Shown in pieces: positions 15,333-20,000 of a stretch of DNA of 20,000 nt. The DNA lies in the IMG/VR virus record IMGVR_UViG_3300048006_000261. One strand, given 5' to 3'. Source of the DNA: an uncultured virus (IMG/VR IMGVR_UViG_3300048006_000261) (lineage: Duplodnaviria > Heunggongvirae > Uroviricota > Caudoviricetes). The notes beneath the pieces are model-generated. The model saw nothing but the letters and a program-made list of their open reading frames with translations. It had not been told where the DNA came from and did no database searches. The translations under genes and the position numbers were made by a program. Numbering within the stretch: position 1 is the first letter of the stretch; each line of letters begins with the position of its first letter.

Positions 15333-15425
15333 TTAAAATTCTTCTTCGTCTCTACAATCTGGACATATGTCGCAGAACAAATACTCGTCCTGCGTCATAC
15401 CTTGTCCACATATTTCACATTCCAT
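15333..15425 (-). CDS. 30-aa Cys-rich zinc-finger-like microprotein (not in ORF track)
   Basis: MECEICGQGMTQDEYLFCDICPDCRDEEEF*. TAATG overlap with the SSB stop. Confidence 0.65.
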   Translation of the reverse strand: MECEICGQGMTQDEYLFCDICPDCRDEEEF

Positions 15426-15736
15426 TAAAATGGTAGATCATCTGCAACAGCCGCAGACGGAGCTGGAGCTTGTTGTTGTTGATCATCTCTTGGTGCAACC
15501 GCGACGTTATCGCCGTTCGTCCATACTACCTTTACATTACCTAAGTAAGTCTTAGCAGTTTTAGCATCTCTTTCCTCTTTTGACTGTTGAACAGACACAG
15601 GACCTTGATTGCCAAACTGATCTAACTCATCGTTTAATGTAATAGTTATCGGTAAGTATTTACCTTTCTTACCTATAATAATTTTATCCTTAGGTATAGC
15701 GTTAAGGTTTATACTTGTTGCTATTATACTTGCCAT
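15425..15736 (-). CDS. Putative single-stranded DNA-binding protein
   Basis: Likely start is ATG 15736 (MASIIATSINL). Gln/Ala/Pro linker and acidic DDLPF tail. Lies between the recombination genes and primase. Confidence 0.7.
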   Translation of the reverse strand: MASIIATSINLNAIPKDKIIIGKKGKYLPITITLNDELDQFGNQGPVSVQQSKEERDAKTAKTYLGNVKVVWTNGDNVAVAPRDDQQQQAPAPSAAVADDLPF

Positions 15737-15737
15737 A

Positions 15738-15920
15738 TTATGCGTATTGATTAATTTGATTAAACATTCTCGCCATCTGATCCTTAGTAGCACCAGTGGT
15801 TCTTCGTAGATTATCTACTGCTTTAACATGTGTTTGGTTCGTGTAAAAATTGTTTACACTAGTTTCCATACCTGTTACTGAACAAACTCTAGTTTGCGTT
15901 TTTTTAGTTCTTCTTGCCAT
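15738..15920 (-). CDS. Small basic hypothetical protein
   Basis: Fills the gap, has an A/T-rich leader, and stops 1 nt before the SSB start. Confidence 0.65.
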   Translation of the reverse strand: MARRTKKTQTRVCSVTGMETSVNNFYTNQTHVKAVDNLRRTTGATKDQMARMFNQINQYA

Positions 15921-15930
15921 AATTATTATA

Positions 15931-16674
15931 TTAAAGTGTTTTGCTTATGAAATATTGTTTAGGATCGAAACCCTCGGATTGGTAGAACAGCTCATAAGCT
16001 TTTTCTGCTCTATCAACCTTGTCTTTACCTGAAGCATAAAACTCAGGTGAGCAATCAAATATTCCTATTTGATGTGTTGTTTTGTCTATTACTATAAATA
16101 TCATGTCGTAGCCAAATAACTTTCTGTATATGTAAGCCTGTGAATCGTAATTGTATTTAGAAGCTGACCATCTAAATTTTTGTATATCAGCTGTGGTTTT
16201 TAAATCAACCACTAGTTTTTCTGCATGATTTACTATATCAGCTTTACCTTTCCAAACATAATCATTTACTTTACCTACACCTGGTACTTCGTAATCAATT
16301 TTTACTTTGTTATCAGTACCTCTTATTAAGTCTCTACAAACCTCATTGTTTAGCATTTTGTCTGTCATTAACTCTATGCCATCAACCTCATGTTGTAATA
16401 AACACAACTCGCCACCCGACATTTCTTTATACATCTTAGTATTTCTACTTGATGATTCTACAATCTTATACTTTTTAAGCTTGTCTGGCTCAAGTATACA
16501 TGTGTGAAAGTAACCACCTACAAGAAATGCAGAGCTAGGTTTACTTGGCTTTTTAAACGCTAGTGGGTTATTAAGCAAAGTACCTATATCTGAGTTGCTC
16601 AAGTATTGCCTTCCAAAGTCGCCATAATAATGTTCATCATTTTCTAACTTTTTCAGGATCTCTTTTTTGTTCAT
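15931..16674 (-). CDS. RecE/ExoVIII-like PD-(D/E)xK exonuclease (DUF3799-like)
   Basis: YLSNSD, GGYFHTCILEP, KGKADIV, VVDLKTT, YDSQAYIY. Confidence 0.85.
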   Translation of the reverse strand: MNKKEILKKLENDEHYYGDFGRQYLSNSDIGTLLNNPLAFKKPSKPSSAFLVGGYFHTCILEPDKLKKYKIVESSSRNTKMYKEMSGGELCLLQHEVDGIELMTDKMLNNEVCRDLIRGTDNKVKIDYEVPGVGKVNDYVWKGKADIVNHAEKLVVDLKTTADIQKFRWSASKYNYDSQAYIYRKLFGYDMIFIVIDKTTHQIGIFDCSPEFYASGKDKVDRAEKAYELFYQSEGFDPKQYFISKTL

Positions 16675-16675
16675 A

Positions 16676-17233
16676 CTATAGTGTTAATAATTCTTTCTCA
16701 ATTAATTCATCGAGAGCATATTTATTTTTAATAGTTTCTACTTTACCACCTGCTTTTACATAATCTATAGCTTTTTGATAAGCTGGATCTTTCTTTGAGG
16801 TTAAAGTTGGTTTTTTAGGTACGAATTTACCTGTTGCTTTTTTTCCATGATCATTTGTTGCGTCGCTGTCAGCAGTGTCATCAATTAAGAATAAATTACC
16901 AAGTGCGTATTTCTTAGCATAAGAAGACGCTGAGCCAAACTGCTGAGGTACGTTCATACCTTTTTGGTTTAAGTCTACACCTACTATAGCTGTTGCGTGT
17001 ATAGCATCTTTACCATCACTAATTGTAGCGGTAGATTCTAGCACAGGCATTTCGTACGCGTTGTTAAGTTGTTCGTTAATTGTAACCGTCACACCTAGTT
17101 CTAATAAGAAAGGTTTGGTTGCTTCGAGAATGTCTTCGGCTGATCTGAAGTTGTATTTACCGAAGGAATTAAATCTACTTTTTTTCGATTTAAATTTAGT
17201 CTGGACAGTAGCCAGTTTTTCGTTAATAGTCAT
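16676..17233 (-). CDS. ERF-family ssDNA annealing protein
   Basis: YNFRSAEDIL, QQFGSASSYAKKYALGNLFLIDD..DSDA. Confidence 0.9.
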   Translation of the reverse strand: MTINEKLATVQTKFKSKKSRFNSFGKYNFRSAEDILEATKPFLLELGVTVTINEQLNNAYEMPVLESTATISDGKDAIHATAIVGVDLNQKGMNVPQQFGSASSYAKKYALGNLFLIDDTADSDATNDHGKKATGKFVPKKPTLTSKKDPAYQKAIDYVKAGGKVETIKNKYALDELIEKELLTL

Positions 17234-17307
17234 ATTTGATTTAATTTTAGTCTATATATATAATTACACATTAGCGGGTGTTTGTTAAACTATATCCGCT
17301 CTATAAA
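17234..17307 (-). promoter_or_regulatory. Only sizeable intergenic region; candidate promoter/leader with an imperfect inverted repeat
   Basis: AGCGG (17273-17277) pairs with CCGCT (17296-17300). An AT-rich GTAATTATATATATAG follows on the minus strand, upstream of erf. Confidence 0.4.
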
Positions 17308-18090
17308 CTACAGATAATCAAGCACTTGCGAGTGATCTACATTATCTATTAATTTATCTACAGCTTGTTTTTTAAGCTGTGAAACTCTTACATAAGATGA
17401 ACTGCCTTCAATGTTTAATAGTTTTGCAATTTCTTTTGCTGAGTGTTTATCGCTATGTAATCCATAGCTTAGCGTTAATACTTGATATTCTTTTTCTGTT
17501 AAATATTTTTTTAATATACTATCAAGATATATATTTAGCATGTTCATATTATAAGGTTCTGATTTATCTGGTATTTGATAAACCATATCTTCGTTATCAG
17601 CTGGTTTGTCATCTATACTTAAAAATATAGAATTAAAAAACATAGCAACCATCTTTTTATCTTTACCAAAGTTACGTCTTATTTCGTTAAGTTTATGCTC
17701 AGGTATTCTCATGTCACCACGATTAATATCTATAGCTCTTCTTATTTGACCTCTTATTCTTTTTGATAAAAAAGATTTTATAGTTTTTTCTTGATCAGGA
17801 GATTCTTCTAATAAATTTAAATCTAACCTATCTACTGCTTTTGTTAAACCAGAACTACCTTCTTGTATTAAATCCATTATAGTCATAACACCAGAAGCTT
17901 GTTGAGTTGTTGAAAACTTTCTCGATATATTTTCTACTAATGGTAGAAACATAGTTATCGTTTGTTCTCTGCTTAAATTGGTAAATATGTTATTTTCTGC
18001 TTGTTCTCTAAGCTCTTGTGGAATTGCTCTGATCGACTCAACGACGTCATTTTTCCACCTAACATAATTTACTACGTTATATTTCTTCAT
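17308..18090 (-). CDS. Phage-encoded sigma-70 family factor
   Basis: Region 2 DLIQEGSSGLTKAVDR...RIRGQIRRAI...MRIPEH. Region 4 LSYGL...KEIAKLL...RVSQLKKQAVDKL. Confidence 0.9.
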   Translation of the reverse strand: MKKYNVVNYVRWKNDVVESIRAIPQELREQAENNIFTNLSREQTITMFLPLVENISRKFSTTQQASGVMTIMDLIQEGSSGLTKAVDRLDLNLLEESPDQEKTIKSFLSKRIRGQIRRAIDINRGDMRIPEHKLNEIRRNFGKDKKMVAMFFNSIFLSIDDKPADNEDMVYQIPDKSEPYNMNMLNIYLDSILKKYLTEKEYQVLTLSYGLHSDKHSAKEIAKLLNIEGSSSYVRVSQLKKQAVDKLIDNVDHSQVLDYL

Positions 18091-18703
18091 TTAATATCAT
18101 TTTTTCTTTTTTTAATTGTTTATTTAAATTTCTGTAAATAGTTCTTGTAGAACAATCAAGTAAACCTGCTACTCTGCCCCATGTTATTTTCTTACTTGTA
18201 TCATTTAAATCTAACATGCATTGGTAAATAGATTCTTCATCAACACGTGATGATCTACCTATTAATTTTCCTACAATACTTAGTTTTTGACTCAAGTCTA
18301 AACCTGAGTACATATTAAATACTACTTTACGCATTTTATTAGCTGGTGGTTCACCACCTATTGTCATAACGTTTTCTATCATCTCATCTAATATTCTGCT
18401 TTTAATAAAAAATGTAACAAAACCATTTTCTTTATCAGCTATAAATCTAAACATGTGTTCCATTAATAATGGATTACCATGTGGTATATCTTCATTGAGA
18501 TAATATAAAACAAGCATGTGCCACTTTAATGATTTATACGTAGTTATCTTAGCCTTACTATTAAATAAGTGATAACATTGATATGTACCATTAGCGTAGT
18601 ATTTATATTGTTTGGTTTCAATAGTAGGTATATCAGTATCAGGATCTTTCCTATATACGATGCGTCTATCATTTAACCATTTTATATTTCTTTCGTATGA
18701 CAT
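18077..18703 (-). CDS. Hypothetical protein with C-terminal helix-turn-helix
   Basis: ITWGRVAGLLDCSTRTIYRNL. Confidence 0.7.
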   Translation of the reverse strand: MSYERNIKWLNDRRIVYRKDPDTDIPTIETKQYKYYANGTYQCYHLFNSKAKITTYKSLKWHMLVLYYLNEDIPHGNPLLMEHMFRFIADKENGFVTFFIKSRILDEMIENVMTIGGEPPANKMRKVVFNMYSGLDLSQKLSIVGKLIGRSSRVDEESIYQCMLDLNDTSKKITWGRVAGLLDCSTRTIYRNLNKQLKKEKMILNEEI

Positions 18704-18717
18704 TTGCCTATTACTAT

Positions 18718-19056
18718 TTATCTCTTAATCTCTATTGTCACATTTTCCCATTTACCACCTTTTAATTTTTTAGAAACTAAAAAATCTATACGTGAGGTCC
18801 ATCTTTTATTCATTCTGTCTTGCACGGTCCATACTCCATCGAGATCACCCGCACCTGTTACTATTACTTTTACGCCAAAAGTATAACCTTCAGCTTCTAA
18901 ATCCCTGCTTACAGCTATCCACCTATGTGATTGTGGATCTTCCATATTAATATGTTTACCACTAGCTGTTATATGTGGAGTGCTATCTGTTTGTTCAGGA
19001 GTAGCATGGTAGATTGTCGCTGTAACCAACAACATCTTCAATGTATTTAGTATCAT
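18718..19056 (-). CDS. 3D-domain (MltA/RlpA-like barrel) protein
   Basis: VTATIY...QTDSTPHITASG, IAVSRDL, VQDRM, RIDFL (three conserved Asp). Start may be 19035. Confidence 0.8.
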   Translation of the reverse strand: MILNTLKMLLVTATIYHATPEQTDSTPHITASGKHINMEDPQSHRWIAVSRDLEAEGYTFGVKVIVTGAGDLDGVWTVQDRMNKRWTSRIDFLVSKKLKGGKWENVTIEIKR

Positions 19057-19516
19057 ATAATGTTTCTTTGTTATGCGCTATGTTTTTCTTTTCGTGTACG
19101 TAGTACAGCCAGTACGCGTGTATAGCACTTTCACGCTTGTATTCATCAGGCATACACTGTGGAGGTTCTGAAAAACCTGTATGCAGTATACCATCAGGAT
19201 ACTTAGCTAATGGCTCTTTACATTTAGTAATTGATAAATGTACTTTGCCATAACGTTTAGTATACTCATCACCTAATGCTAGCATGTGATAATACAACCA
19301 CAAATAATTACTAGCACTTTGTCTCGCCCACCTTGTAGATGGGTGATTGACATGAGCTTTTTTGTAAGGTACCCACTCAGTTTCATAGTCAAGACCATGA
19401 CAATGATGAGCCGTACAAAGCATTTGAGCTGATTCTAAGATCATTTTAACCACATGCTTATTATATTGTAGCTGTGCGGCTTTTACTGGATCCTTATCTA
19501 AATAAAATATATTCAT
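18995..19516 (-). CDS. Pyrimidine-dimer DNA glycosylase-like protein (DenV-related)
   Basis: MNIFYLD.DP..AA...KHVVKMILESAQML, HVNHP..RW, EYTKRYGKVH, PQCMPDEYK. Confidence 0.8.
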   Translation of the reverse strand: MNIFYLDKDPVKAAQLQYNKHVVKMILESAQMLCTAHHCHGLDYETEWVPYKKAHVNHPSTRWARQSASNYLWLYYHMLALGDEYTKRYGKVHLSITKCKEPLAKYPDGILHTGFSEPPQCMPDEYKRESAIHAYWLYYVHEKKNIAHNKETLYDTKYIEDVVGYSDNLPCYS

Positions 19517-19623
19517 CTATATCGTTTGTTATCTAATCTGTTATAATGTTTGTCTAATAAGAGGTTTGCTACCTCTTCTGATATTAAGTTGTCGTTGTAT
19601 AATTGCCATATTAGTTTGCTCAT
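19513..19623 (-). CDS. 36-aa hypothetical microprotein (not in ORF track)
   Basis: MSKLIWQLYNDNLISEEVANLLLDKHYNRLDNKRYR*. ATGA overlaps at both ends. Confidence 0.65.
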   Translation of the reverse strand: MSKLIWQLYNDNLISEEVANLLLDKHYNRLDNKRYR

Positions 19624-19715
19624 GATATTATCATTTTTAACTTGTGTACAAAGTCGTATATATTCATATGACCTTCTTCAAACTCCCATATTAAATCTTT
19701 AATTTTTTCATTCAT
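19620..19715 (-). CDS. 31-aa hypothetical microprotein
   Basis: MNEKIKDLIWEFEEGHMNIYDFVHKLKMIIS*. Start overlaps the ligase end, and its stop overlaps the next ATG. Confidence 0.55.
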   Translation of the reverse strand: MNEKIKDLIWEFEEGHMNIYDFVHKLKMIIS

Positions 19716-20000
19716 AATTTCTGATTGCTTTGAATAACGGGTGTCTGTATGAACCTGCATTTGTACGTTGAAAGTAAGTAAAGGTAGCACGTTTACCGAT
19801 ATAATCACCAATGTTATCGAGTATATCGGCTAAGTCTTTGTAGTTGTAGCCTTTGCCCGGAGGACAACCAAACTTATTACCGTCATCATCTTGCATTAAG
19901 AATTTGCCGATAGTACCTTCGCGCTTACCTTTACCTGTTTCATAACCTATGATAGTTGCTTCGGTGTCGCTGAAGTCTTTGAACTTCATAAGATCATAAG
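19708..20000 (-). CDS. ATP-dependent DNA ligase, C-terminal OB domain (5'-truncated)
   Basis: Frame is open to the window edge: YDLMKFKDF (motif V), GKGKREG..G, TFTYFQRT..GSYRHPLF (motif VI). Confidence 0.85.
   Translation of the reverse strand, partial: YDLMKFKDFSDTEATIIGYETGKGKREGTIGKFLMQDDDGNKFGCPPGKGYNYKDLADILDNIGDYIGKRATFTYFQRTNAGSYRHPLFKAIRNYE

Noticed and set aside
15737..15793. N-terminal extension of SSB given in the ORF track
   Set aside because: It overlaps the upstream 60-aa gene. ATG 15736 lies 1 nt after that gene's stop.
17273..17300. Inverted repeat as an intrinsic terminator
   Set aside because: The stem is imperfect and has no following U-tract on either strand. Kept only as a possible regulatory element.
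1077..18886. Short opposite-strand or alternate-frame ORFs (e.g. 1077-1271, 2811-3011, 3231-3449, 6136-6390, 7616-7804, 8528-8854, 9761-10114, 10109-10303, 10532-10732, 11966-12175, 12338-12541, 14401-14673, 15071-15256, 15367-15555, 15850-16032, 16307-16507, 17061-17288, 17379-17630, 18704-18886)
   Set aside because: They are shadows of well-supported genes and have no recognisable motifs.
1..20000. Stop-codon reassignment as in some crAss-like phages
   Set aside because: Genes are full length under code 11. TAG ends erf, sigma and GT29, and TGA ends several genes, at expected positions with tight coupling to the next gene in most cases.
1..20000. tRNA, rRNA or structured ncRNA genes
   Set aside because: Almost no intergenic space remains once the small ORFs are counted, and no cloverleaf or T-loop signature was recognised. 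A covariance-model search was not possible.

Overview
AT-rich, very densely coding segment of a tailed dsDNA phage, probably infecting Bacteroidota. Starts lack Shine-Dalgarno motifs and have A-rich leaders, and the RNR resembles the Flavobacterium class Id type. The + strand (1-5567) carries the end of a very large virion-type protein and an envelope/lysis-like cluster: predicted outer-membrane beta-barrel, two paralogous single-TM proteins, an exported CxxC-less thioredoxin fold, an M15A peptidase, a poly-Asn lipoprotein and small basic proteins. The - strand (20000 to 5548) is one long, translationally coupled replication/nucleotide run: DNA ligase, pyrimidine-dimer glycosylase, 3D-domain protein, HTH protein, sigma factor, ERF, RecE-like nuclease, SSB, T7 gp4-like primase-helicase, a thymidylate-synthase-fold enzyme, a MazG fusion, an endonuclease I-like protein and NrdB/NrdA. 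It ends in a cassette of JmjC oxygenase, cupin, CDI/GT8-like GT and GT29 sialyltransferase-like GT. Main lead: the 'thymidylate synthase' has the Asp determinant and motifs of T4 gp42 dCMP hydroxymethylase. With the pyrophosphatase-like genes and the oxygenase/GT cassette, this suggests a possibly undescribed cytosine hypermodification pathway. All family calls are motif recognition from memory; no searches were run.
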